A stretch of DNA of 64,000 nucleotides from Octopus bimaculoides. Taxonomy: Eukaryota. The stretch lies in the NCBI RefSeq assembly GCF_001194135.2, contig NC_068982.1, positions 89,970,476 through 90,034,475 on the forward strand, written 5' to 3'. Each line of letters begins with the position of its first letter. Positions within the stretch are counted from its first letter, which is position 1. Positions 13,671 through 26,700 of the stretch are shown piece after piece. The notes under the pieces were generated by a model. That model did not search any database. It was given only the letters and a program-made list of their open reading frames with translations, and was not told where the DNA came from. The position numbers and the translations under genes were made by a program.

Positions 13671-16600
13671 GTAGCAAATATTTGCACTAAGTTGTTGCTA
13701 TCAACATTAGGCTATCAGCATTTCCAGAGTGTGAAAACAAATCATCTGCGTAGGTAGGCTTAACATCCGGGTGTCAGAGCTTCTTGCGTCGAAATCGAGA
13801 GAAGACTCCACTACGTGTGTGAATGTATGCGTGTGTGTCTGTGTGAGTGTATGTGTGTGTGCGTACGTGCTTGCATGTGGGTGTGTGAGTGTGCGCGCGC
13901 CCGTGTATACGTGTGTGTACGTATGTGTGTGTGTGTGCGTGTATGTGTATGTATATGCGTATGTGAGTGTGTGTGCTCATATATGCATGCATGTTTGTGC
14001 TAGAGATAGATAGAGAGAGAAAGTGAGAGAGAGAAAGTGAGAGAGAGGAATCGGATGAATCGTTAGAAAGGCATAGTATTTACACATAACCCTTGAATTA
14101 AACATCCACTACAGTGCCACTTCTTTTTAACACCGGCAAAAAGACAGCAAACTCTATGAGTTTCTTGGCAGTACTAAAAATTATTTTCACTGATACGGTT
14201 TTAGTTCGTAATTCATTTCTCTAAGCAAAATACTGAACTTTTTGTTGCTGTTAAACTCTGGGTCAGCTCTGATCCAGCTTAAAAGCAGCAAAGATGCCCC
14301 AGCGATGACTATCATGCTTTCTCTTTCGGTAAATATTGTACTACTTTTTCCAATGTGTCTTTCCTTTTATAAAACAGTAGGATGTATTTGCGAGAGATTT
14401 GACTGCTATTTTTAGTAGATGAAGTAACCCTGTCAATGTTACCTGATTGATTCGGAAAATTCAAGGCATGTACTAAGGTTTTAACAGTTGACTATTAAAC
14501 CCTATATTTTAGAAAGATATCGAAATGTTTCCCTGTGAATATTTTAAGGCTTGAAGTTCAGGATGTTATGAAGTTCAACAATATGGAGCTGAACGGCTGA
14601 ACTGGAACTGATCTGGTGAAATATGGAGCTGAACTGGTGAATAAAATATCGAAATTATAGTGTCTGGACGGAAATCATGAAAATGCATATAATACAGTTT
14701 TACCCAATTGGTTAGTGTTACATAGTAGGTGCCAAGGTTTCTAAAAAAATATTCCATGGTTAAATATCTTTCACCCCTTGCCTTTGTGTCCAAGACTTAA
14801 CACATTACCCAGTTTAATGCCACCAACCGATACTTGGGTGCATTTATAGGAGTTGACTGCTGCTGGCATTTTGGACCAGAACCACGTTTAATGCATTATA
14901 TATAATCCATGATATTTTATCCCACTCTAACGTTTACAATATTTATTCTAAGTATCGCTAGATAGCAAGATCTTGAAAGATGATAGCCACCCCTCTCTTT
15001 CTCTATCTCTTACATATTTATGTGAAAATGTGATCTGCAGTATTCGTCGAGGACTTTGTGGTATACGGATGAGTTCACTTGGCTATAAGGAGAGAAACTA
15101 TAACCTGACCTTTTAGCAAAGAGACATTCCACTCCTCATAGCAATTCGACATTCCGCGAACTCACTCTTTTTGATTGCTTTCGATCGTCACCAGTTTCTC
15201 GGATTCCGGACTTTACACCATCAAATATTTATTTTTACAACAACTAGCAATACAGACACCCATTCTCGATGTACATTGCACACGCTTCGTATTTTGTTTC
15301 TGCACAGAAACGAAGTTACACTTTTCACAAATATACACTGAAAATATAATATTCCTTTGTTACTAAAGCGTATCTCTCACAGACATTTCGACTGTTATTC
15401 CAGCACATATTAATTATTTATCTTAAATGCACCTAATATCCATTAATCTTTTACAATAATATATCAATTATCATTCAGTTTACACGTTTTAGAATCCCCA
15501 TATCGCAAATTTATAGTTTGGTACAGGAATTGTTGGTAAATACCTTATTTTATCGTTGGTTAATACCTCACTATAAAGTTCCACCAGAAAAGAGAAACGT
15601 TTTATAGTTAATTCAGTCGATCCTACTAAATAACGGATAGTAGCTTCAAACAGACTATCCTAAATTATGGATATTTATTTGCCAGGAAAGACATTAATAG
15701 GAAAAGACACAATTGTATACATTCGATACAACTATCAAAGAACGGTCGAGAGTTCGTTCCTTATCTCTAGTGCTACTTGTTGTAAGTGGTGCAGCTTCCG
15801 TTGGTTCCTTTGGTTAGGTGTATGTATCATGCAGCTGTGCGAATCATATATTTAGATTTTTAATTTATTATGCATATTTGATCCGTTATTAACATGCATA
15901 CGACTATTTTCAGAGACATGGTGTTCTGAATCAAGATGAGAATTTCACATTGGCTTTAGTAAAGAGAAGATGATAATTGAGTAACAAGCGTTTCTTTAGC
16001 TTCAATTTTTGAGTATGTATTCTAAAGCTCTGATGGGACCTCGAGAAAATAATATGCAAAATGACACTGAATCATGTTTGAATCGAAATATGAACGTTGT
16101 CTTTGATTATGATTTATGACATTATTACAACATAATTATGAAACAATGCTCATATACCTCTTATGTGCTTGAAGACTGGGTAGGCAGGAGGGATCTGAAT
16201 AGCATCATTTAGTGAGTCTATAATGCAGTTCAGACTACAAATAACTGAAGTTCATGTAAGATAAAATTTAGATGTGGGAGATGAGATAAAATAATTGAAC
16301 GAGTTTCGGACGAAAGGCTGGTTGGCTTGCTTAATGCTTTTAGTGGAGATAGAATTTCCAATCTGAGAGATTGATTTATTAGTGCTATTAAGTTCGACAT
16401 AGCCTGGGTCAATAATAGCCAAAACCTATCTGTGTTATATATTGCTTTTAATGCATTTGTTTAATAGCGATAGATAAAAGTTTTCATAGGAGAACTCATT
16501 TAAGAAATATCTTTCTACGAATTTCTATAATGAAAAATTAAAATTGCATATGAACAAGGATCTTACAGAGATCAGTGCTTAGCTCGAAGTTTATTAAACT

Positions 16601-17736
16601 TGCATGACGGTCCGAGCATTTAACATTGCTTGAATATCTGTTTATTATCAACAGTTAAGTAGAAGTGTCCATAATTAGAAATACTGCCCGTTCACAGCCG
16701 AGCACTTGCAGTAGGTTTGCAGAGAGAGAATCTATGAACTAATAGTCCGATATAATATATATTAAGTAATTTTCCTTATTATACGAAGCACTAAAAGGAT
16801 GTAATTCGAAGAACGATTTGTTTATGCAGAGAGAAAGAAGTGTAGATCGTAAAGTTCCGACAACACTTTTATATGTTTTTCATTTTTACACGGCTTTCAG
16901 ATTTTCGTGCAATACAACATAGCCAAGTATGCTCTCCTATGAGTTGAAGTCAATCTATCAGCAATAACGTCTCGAAGTTTCTTAGAAATACAATCTTCAA
17001 TAATGTATTTATCCGCGTGATACACCCATTATATTCTTTAGTGAGTGTTAAATAGTGTATTAATGGCTTAGGTTTCAATTTAAAGGGGGTTATATTGCAA
17101 TTTATGCTTGGTCTGTCTGCGAAATCCACACCAAACGAGAACTTAGTAACAAAGGAAAAATAGATATCGAACCGAAAGACTGTGTGTGTGTGTCCTGTGT
17201 ATCTGTGTTGTGTGTATTTGTGTGTGTGTGTGCGCGCACGCGCGTGTTTGTGTGTGTACGTGTGTGTGTGTGTGTGTGCAGGTACGGGTGGAGTGTCTCA
17301 TTAAAGGAAACAGGAGGGAATAAAACAGAAAGAGAGCCCAAACAAAACAAATAAACGATGAAAAGACATAAAATTAAACATCTCAGTTTATTAGTGAATA
17401 ATTAAACAACTATATCACACAACAAAAATGAATGTGGAAAAAAAAAATATTCAGATTTAACAATCAAAAGGATTATATTAATTTAACCTCATATATATTA
17501 TTAAAGACGCCAGATTTGAGGATGAGAGATGTATATACTTAACACGGTTAAAGTGTCGATTAGAAGTTTCGAAATTAAGATATTAGGGAAAGTATATATA
17601 TGAAAAAGTAGTAAAGTGATGTAGCTAGGATGAGAAAAGTCTTGGTAAAATCTGCTCATCGATATATCCATTGAAGGTAATAGAAAGATAAGAAAAACAA
17701 TTTCAAAATGGGGAAGAGATTTCAACGTTGTCATAT

Positions 17737-17768
<32 letters not shown>

Positions 17769-17840
17769 TGTATGTATGTATGTATGTATGTATGTATGCA
17801 TGCATGCATGTATGTATATATGTATGCATGTATGTATGTC

Positions 17841-17875
<35 letters not shown>

Positions 17876-17924
17876 ATGTATGTATGTGTAAGTATGTGAG
17901 TGTGTATCTCTGCGTCCTATGTTC

Positions 17925-18070
17925 TTCATTTGTTACAGCTGTGCACTGCGGCCATACTGGGGCATCGCCTTCAAAGGTTTAGTCGAATAGCTAGATAATA
18001 AGAACTAAACAAAACAGCACGTGCTGTCAAATGGTGATGGTGGTGGTGGTGATGGGACAAACACATATAC
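17925..18070 (-). mobile_element. SINE family B fragment
   Basis: ctgcggccatactggggcatcgccttcaaaggtttagtcgaa. Confidence 0.7.
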
Positions 18071-18196
18071 GTATAAATATTCATGTTTAGGCGCGACCGG
18101 CTTCCGGCTGCCAAATTCATTCATAACAAGAATTTTGGTTGGCTCCAGTATATAATAGAATACAGTTGCTCAAGGTGCTACGGTGTATGTGTGTAC

Positions 18197-18231
<35 letters not shown>

Positions 18232-18709
18232 TGTATGTATGTATGTATGTATGTATNNNNNNNNNNNNNNNNNNNNNNNNNNNNNNNNNNNNNNNNNNNN
18301 NNNNNNNNNNNNNNNNNNNNNNNNNNNNNNNNNNNNNNNNNNNNNNNNNNNNNNNNNNNNNNNNNNNNNNNNNNNNNNNNNNNNNNNNNNNNNNNNNNNN
18401 NNNNNNNNNNNNNNNNNNNNNNNNNNNNNNNNNNNNNNNNNNNNNNNNNNNNNNNNNNNNNNNNNNNNNNNNNNNNNNNNNNNNNNNNNNNNNNNNNNNN
18501 NNNNNNNNNNNNNNNNNNNNNNNNNNNNNNNNNNNNNNNNNNNNNNNNNNNNNNNNNNNNNNNNNNNNNNNNNNNNNNNNNNNNNNNNNNNNNNNNNNNN
18601 NNNNNNNNNNNNNNNNNNNNNNNNNNNNNNNNNNNNNNNNNNNNNNNNNNNNNNNNNNNNNNNNNNNNNNNNNNNNNNNNNNNNNNNNNNNNNNNNNNNN
18701 NNNNNNNNN

Positions 18710-18756
<47 letters not shown>

Positions 18757-19384
18757 TTATTCCATAGAATTACAAATAAATAGTGGTTACAAGTATGTAG
18801 ATGTACAGCTGAATATAAGAACCTAGCACACGAACGACTATTACATAAACACACATACACATACATATACACACACATACACACACATATACACACACAT
18901 ATATAATTATATGTATCCACACATAGTCATGTACACAAGGTAGAATTAAACGCTAACCACTTTGCATACTACCACCTTGTATAGTCAACGACGTAATCTC
19001 TTCTCGGCTATTCGATCTGCTAGATATGGGAGACTCGTCGTCTTGAGTCTCTCTTAGTATCTTGAATCAGGAGGTCACACTGGATAATGAGGTTATAGAA
19101 GTTACTCTATGTCGGAATAAAATTAAGATTATTTCTGGTGGAGAAAAAGCTGCTCAGTCAGACATGACCTGGTTCTAAATAATAACATCAAGCCCTTTGA
19201 TGTAACCAGTGAGAATAATTATGTCGATGATAATTTGCATCAATTACTAAAGCCTTAGTCTTGTGCTGTCGTATCGCCGTGCTTATCTGAATTTCACAGT
19301 AGCAGCATTAAGGGTCTTTTTTTTTAATCTGAAAACTGCATGATCGTAGGTGTCAAGTTTACAGGGAATTACAAATTTCTGTAG

Positions 19385-19750
19385 GCAGCTCAATTTGCAA
19401 CCGCACGGTTTCGGATTCAGTCTCACTGCACGGAACCTTGAGCAAGCGTCTTCTTCTATAGCTCCAGGCCGACTAGTGCTTTGTGAGTGAATTTAGTAGA
19501 TGTTAACGTAGAAAGCCCGTCGTGCGCGCACGTGCGTGTACGTGTGTGTATGTATGAGTATGACCTTTGTGTTTGTTTGTGCCCCAACAATTTGACAGCT
19601 GATGTTTGTTTGCGTTATCGAAATCTAGCGGCTGGGCAAAAGAGGTCGACAAAATAAGTGGCAAACTAAAACAAAATGTGTACTGGGATCGAGTTGATCG
19701 ACAAAATTCTTTAAAATCCCAGTCCAAAAGCTGAAACGAATAAAAATAAG
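19385..19750 (+). mobile_element. SINE family B, near full length with an internal (GT)-rich spacer
   Basis: tRNA-like head (ggtttcggattcagtctcactgc), middle gccgactagtgctttgtgagtg, tail ctgaaacgaataaaaata. Confidence 0.8.
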
Positions 19751-21729
19751 TGAATTACTTCTTCATGACCAACAATAGATTTTAGCCCTGGCTATTTTAT
19801 TGATTCCCTTACAGCAGTTGTCATTTGGTATTGTTGAACCAATTTTTTTGTTTTTTTGAACGATCACATATGTGTCAGTTAATGTGTTGCAAGTTCAGAA
19901 GCACATTTGATATTAATCAGTTTACTACCTTAGCCACTGTACTTATAGGAGCTTTATCCTTGGCCCTATTACTATAGGAAGAAGACATACACTCACCAAT
20001 TTCTTATAATTTTTTGTAAATGATAAGCTCCAAAAATGAATAAGTCCCTTTCTCTGAAGAATTTAGGTTTAATCCAACTATTAAGTTGTCGATGCATTTT
20101 AGATTTCCTATATGCATCCTATTTTTATGCCAGGATGTATATGTTGAACTTGATGCTTGAAACATTGGGTAATGACTTCACAATATTTGTGTCAAAGCTG
20201 AAGCGGACTGGATGTTTCCCAGCATGCGGGAAACATCTAAAAGTTTCTAACAAGACTACATCCCAATGAGCATTGTTCGCCAGTAACCCAACACTGAAAC
20301 ATGTCCTTCTCTGTAGGTAGAACAAAGTTGAGGATGTTTCCCTCGGTTTCAAATGCACAGAGGCCCTAAGGAAATATCGTAGTAGTTAACCGTCTCTGCT
20401 AACCCATACAAAAAAAATATTACTTGATTCACTAGTCACCCCTCTACTTAACTTTCCTTCTTCACCCTCGCATCTATTGTAAACACAGTATTCCAATATT
20501 TCTCCCTCAGAATGGCAATTGCTTCACGTTTTTACACTACCAACTCTTCAAGGTTCTCTTCGAACGCTAATTTCATTGACCAAACTAGCCTGGAAACCAC
20601 TGCAAAATTAACAGCTGTCCGTTTTTACCCAGGCTAACTAAAACGTAATGATATAACAACATATATATGTACATACACACAATGAATTCATGTTATTATT
20701 TAATCGAATTGATTGTAATAATTTTTTCTTAATCCGATCATTTTATAATTATATTGGATGGTTTGTATAGAGTAGAAAGAGCTTTAAACATTTCTTGTTC
20801 CTTTCAGACTGCTTAGCCAACTTTCCATTATAGCTGTACTGTTGCTGAGATTCTATTTTGTAAATTGATTGTTCTTAATATTTTTTATACTGCTTGTGTA
20901 ATAAATGGAGAAAAAGCCAAACAAATTAAAAACTACAAAAACGATAATGATAATAACAATAATAAAATACTTTTCTCCAGAGAGAAAAAAAATGGAGAAA
21001 ATGTGTATGTTAAAAACTCAAGTACAAAAATGCTTTCGCTTAAAAGAATATTAAAAAAGAAAATTAATGAAGCAAAATGATATTGCATGATTACAATAAC
21101 TGGAAGGCACTAATGGACAAAATTATCCAAATACTGCTAATATAGTAAAACAAAATGATATAACATTCAAAAATTCTGTTAGTAAAACTTTTTTTGCAAT
21201 TTAAAACCATTGGTTGATTTATGTAAGGAAAGAAGCAATTAACAATGTTGACTTATTGCAAGTTATAGGAGAAATAAAAGAATGGAATTTACTGAGGCTT
21301 ATACTTCAAAAGTTAAAAACAATTACATCTAAACAATAATGGATGGGTATTTTCTGGAGGCTAAATTTTATTCTTACAGCTTAGACATTCTATAACCAAG
21401 TTCAGATTCGGATTGTTTTGTTTCACAAAAACATTATTACAGTATCGAAAACATCATTACAATATATACAGTTGTTTTTTGATATTTGATCCATTGAAGT
21501 ATTTAAACATAGATAAGATGAACTAATTACATTTATCATTACTTTTAATCATTATTTCTATTTTGAACATCATTTACGTATTAAGATGATGAAATGGAAG
21601 GGTTCTTAGTGCTGACTAATGTGTAACGGTATGAGTTCCGGTTCTTTGCTGAGTTCAAATCCCAGTGAGGGATATGTAATGGTTATATATTAGATCGATA
21701 GTCTTAACCAAATTTTCGATTTAACGCGG

Positions 21730-21797
21730 TAGATTGGCGGAATTATTAGAGGGTCGGGCAAGATATGTTTCAGTATCTGTTCCAGAGTTTTACATTC
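21730..21797 (+). mobile_element. SINE family A, head fragment
   Basis: gattggcggaattattagagggtcgggcaagat…ttttacattc aligns loosely with the family A head. Confidence 0.5.
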
Positions 21798-24700
21798 CGA
21801 CAGCAACACCTGCAACAACACTGCTGCCACGTTGTATTGGTCCAAATCTTTGGGCTTTCTCTTGAATAAGCATCGGCGCTGTGGAGAGGGAAAACAACAT
21901 CCATACATGAGCAATTGTCACTCTTTCTCAAAAATCTTACACAGACGGGTGCATACATGTGCAGATGCATGGTTACCCTTTTCCCAGCCATTGCATTCTG
22001 TTAACACACACACACACACACACACATGCAGAAAACTGAGGTGCGCCCTTGACCTTCGAGACTAGAAAGGAAGGAGTTAGATTTAGAATGAAGACTTGAT
22101 TTAAATGCTTGTCATAGAATAAATTGCACTAATGGTCTGATTGGCCAGGCAGCAAAGTTAAACCGGGTGGCACATAGAGGGTATCACTCAAATTATCTAC
22201 TATTAAATTATATCAGCCACCCAAAGTCTAGCATGCAATTAGAAATCATTGACGCGAATTTAGGGTATCATAAAATATTGAGATTATTCATTCATGGCTA
22301 ATAAGAAATGCACAAGAAAAATAGAATAGAGTTGATGACGTGTTTTCTGGTTCTAGAAGAAGATCCCATGTATCAAACATAGGAAGAAAGTTTAAAAATA
22401 TACCTCATGCTTTGCAGCATACAAGCTTATAGTTTCATTCCATTTGCAAAATAGAAATATACATTAGCTTTATATGTGCGTCATCGACGTTGATATTTAA
22501 CCGAATGCACACACATCTAAACAAAGGCTTGTCAGCCTTGTATAACAACAACATGTAATATCTTCTTTTCTTCTTTGCAAATTGTTAAATATTTGTAGAT
22601 TTCTAGTTTAAGAAGTGCCCAAGTAGAGGCTTTCTCAATTATTCAATAGTAACATTTCTATCCTGGAGTGTAAACGATAAACTAACCAAGCCTTTATTTA
22701 TTAGACTCTGTGCAATGCTAAGAAATCTTTTAACACATCTAAGTACAAATCTTGTGAATAATTTCTAACTTCGAATTGCTACCATTATTGTCATTTTTCA
22801 CAGCGGCTATTTGCTGAGAAAAGATATTTCCATATTTCTTAAATTTAAAAAGTCACAAAACATTTAAATTGTCAAATCTAAAGATTTAGATTATTTAAAT
22901 GCAGGAACCTCAATATGATGCTCGCTTCAATATTATTTATTTGTTTCAGTAAATTTTGTGTAAATATAAGAATATGATGTATTTTTATATTGAATTTGAA
23001 GACGTGTTATATTACAACTGAGATTTAAAACGTTTCTTCTAGATTTGATATATATACATCTCCATTACATCATCTTAACGCAGTATCTCAGTTATTTAAA
23101 TCCATACGTTTTCTTTATTCTTTCATTTTTTTCTAATATCTTTCATTTCTTATAAATCGAGTCAATAAAACAAACATTTATACTACAATGTTTTGTGCGG
23201 CCGACATTTTTTCTCATAATCAAATATTGACTTATTTATCCTCAATGTAACACAGCGTCATCAAATCTTTCTAGTAGCTGTTTTGGTGGCATTACTTAGT
23301 TGTTTGGCATAATATTATACATGATACGATATGGCTACGATTAATAATTTCCATCCTTTCTTTTTGTTTATATCGATTTGTCTTGCTATTGAGTTTTAGA
23401 AATTATGTCGTATATAGCGAATCTAATATCAGAAATGTCCATATGTATGATAGAATTGAACAGAAAACACATTCCATATTTAAAGGTTTATTAGATTTGA
23501 ACACTCGGTGCTAGTGTCTGAAATACTCGTTTTCATCGATTTCTGTTTCTATCAATATGTATTTCAGATCTAAGAACAGGACAAAGATTCAAAGACTGAT
23601 ATTTAAGATTGCTAAAATATACAGATAAGTTTTGCTTCAGGTAAAAATCTAGTTGTTCCGTTGATATTGCTCTGTAAATCAATCCTTTATTTTGTTCATT
23701 AAAAGAACAAGCTGTTAATAAGTCTTCGCATTGCTTATAAACACACCAAAACCCTTCCATGATTGATTACCTCATATATCTGTGTGTCAGTTTTGATATC
23801 CGGGAATTACTTCCCTTAATAACTTTGCTACTCAGATTTTCGTTTTCATATTTATTGTCTTTTGTTTTCAAATAAACTTTATCTCTGCATGTAAAAGCTA
23901 TTTACTATAATGAATTATTTTGCTCACATGAATTTCCTATAATGGGAAATATTTCGAATGATAGTCTAAAGCTTTCAAAAGGCATATTTTTTAAAAACTT
24001 AACTATATTTCGTTACATGCACGTGATTTGTCATGACAAGAATATACATCACATTAACTGTTACGATATCGAAATAATTATAAATTCTATTTATCATTAT
24101 GCTCATATTTTATGTATTCTTATATATGAAGATGTTAGGCGTCTACAGATTATAGATGTAGAGTAATATATAGTTGAACTTTGTAGTCTTTTAAAAATTA
24201 CATTTTCGCATAATTCAAATTCTGAGCTGTAAATGTTTTGAGAATAAAACATATGCACTGATTTATTAAAGAAAACATATAATTATTATATACACATACA
24301 AATATATACAAGAGTACACATACAAATGTATAGACATATATAGGCATATATACGTGTATGTATGCATATATATATATATCCTGTGCCTATATATATANNN
24401 NNNNNNNNNNNNNNNNNNNNNNNNNNNNNNNNNNNNNNNNNNNNNNNNNNNNNNNNNNNNNNNNNNNNNNNNNNNNNNNNNNNNNNNNNNNNNNNNNNNN
24501 NNNNNNNNNNNNNNNNNNNNNNNNNNNNNNNNNNNNNNNNNNNNNNNNNNNNNNNNNNNNNNNNNNNNNNNNNNNNNNNNNNNNNNNNNNNNNNNNNNNN
24601 NNNNNNNNNNNNNNNNNNNNNNNNNNNNNNNNNNNNNNNNNNNNNNNNNNNNNNNNNNNNNNNNNNNNNNNNNNNNNNNNNNNNNNNNNNNNNNNNNNNN

Positions 24701-25016
24701 NNNNNNNNNNNNNNNNNNNNNNNNNNNNNNNNNNNNNNNNNNNNNNNNNNNNNNNNNNNNNNNNNNNNNNNNNNNNNNNNNNNNNNNNNNNNNNNNNNNN
24801 NNNNNNNNNNNNNNNNNNNNNNNNNNNNNNNNNNNNNNNNNNNNNNNNNNNNNNNNNNNNNNNNNNNNNNNNNNNNNNNNNNNNNNNNNNNNNNNNNNNN
24901 NNNNNNNNNNNNNNNNNNNNNNNNNNNNNNNNNNNNNNNNNNNNNNNNNNNNNNNNNNNNNNNNNNNNNNNNNNNNNNNNNNNNNNNNNNNNNNNNNNNN
25001 NNNNNNNNNNNNNNNN

Positions 25017-25200
25017 ACCATTTTCCTCTTTCTCCGTTCTTCCATTCTCCGAACTTTCCATCTTTCCGACGAAGGGCTACGCCCGAAACGTCATACACTC
25101 TCTCTTTCCTTTCCTGAGCGTCCAATAATACTATCCATATCACGTCCTCACTTTGTTGTTTTTTTGTTTTTTTGTTATTGTGTTTTTGAACTATATATAT
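25017..25200 (+). mobile_element. Penelope-like element terminal region carrying a minimal hammerhead motif (core at 25066..25092)
   Basis: CCGACGA-A-GGGC-tac-GCCC-GAAAC-GTC followed by a T-rich tail. The layout is that of PLE minimal hammerheads. The left side is lost in a gap. Confidence 0.65.
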
Positions 25201-26414
25201 ATATATTTACATACACACACATATAAGATGCAAACATACTTAAATACATACATGCATAAATGCACAAAAGCACACACGCATATATAAACCTATTTTACAA
25301 TGATTGCCTGTCCAGTTTTAGAGTTACTACTCCCAAATTGTTTTAATCGCTGATAAGAAAATAATTACGCATGAATATTCTAACAGTACTCAATTTTATG
25401 TATGCTGGGAAAATCATATTATAGAAAACTATATATTTAAAAATACTTTGAAATTAAACAGATAACAAGTCTTAGGATATTTTGATGATAACTAACACAG
25501 TATGTTTTTGTTAATTCATAGATTCTTCTCAGATGTTTTAGTGATCGATACAAGTGTCACAAATACTCTGGAAAATAGGTAATATAAATATTTTCTCAGC
25601 AGAGAAGCTGATATTCGTGGAATCATTAAATCAATAATGTGTTAAATCAAGAAATAAATGGATATTGCAAGAGTTTTTCACGATATTCGCTGTCGACCAC
25701 GTAATAGAAATGGAACGGTTTAAGGAACTCGATTTCATTATAACTAACCGTATATTGCTGCTACCAGTGAATAGCTTATATAAATAATTTCTACACAAAT
25801 AAACAGCTAACATTGTGAAATCATTGTTCGTTATTAGAATAATATTTCCATCGTAATATCAGCTTTCAGGACGAATAAAGAGTCGTCAATATTTGGCACA
25901 CAGTACACTTATGACGAATACACAAAGCAGATATTAATTAATCAGTATTTGTATATTTTATACACATTAATGTTAATTTCTTGAGTTTTTTTAATCAGTC
26001 GTATCCATCAATCAATAATAATTAATATTGTAAATCTATAAAATATTGGTCTTTTATGAAGTTACTCTGCGTTACAGGAAGCGTTGTAGCTTCGGCATGA
26101 CTCTCTGTCTACTAGTAAACCCCTTAAGTGAATACCAGCGCCTTGATGCAAACTTCCAAAAATGTCATCGTAGACCAGTATTTTATCCACTGTTAGGAGA
26201 CTAAAAGTAAGTAACTCTAAAACTGTTGAAGATGAAAAAAAATAGTATTTGTCTGTTATCATTCTGTGGTTTACTGCACTTTCTATTGATAAATAAATAC
26301 TGAATATTTATGGATTCAGTTATTTACACATTATCTTAGGAGCACGATAATAATTATTGATATTAAGATACTGTTTATGACTATTAACGAATAGTGTAAG
26401 AGATAAAACTAATC

Positions 26415-26700
26415 TTATTTTATCTTTTACTTGTTTCAGTCATTAAACTGCAACCACACTGGGGCATCGCTTTCAATTGCTTTAGTCGAATAAATCGACC
26501 TCAGTATTTATTCTATAAAATCCTGGTACTTATTCTATCAATGCCTTCTCTCGAACTGCAAAATTACGGGGATGTAAACGAACTAAAACCAGTTGTCAAG
26601 CCATGGTGGAAGTGACACACACAGACCCAAATACACACGCAACGAGTCACCTGGAATTGAGCCTACGACCCTACGGCAGTGAGCCGAAATCCTAAACACT
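26415..26700 (-). mobile_element. SINE family B, 3' portion
   Basis: tcttttacttgtttcagtcatt…aaattacggggatgtaaac…ttgtcaagc. Confidence 0.8.
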
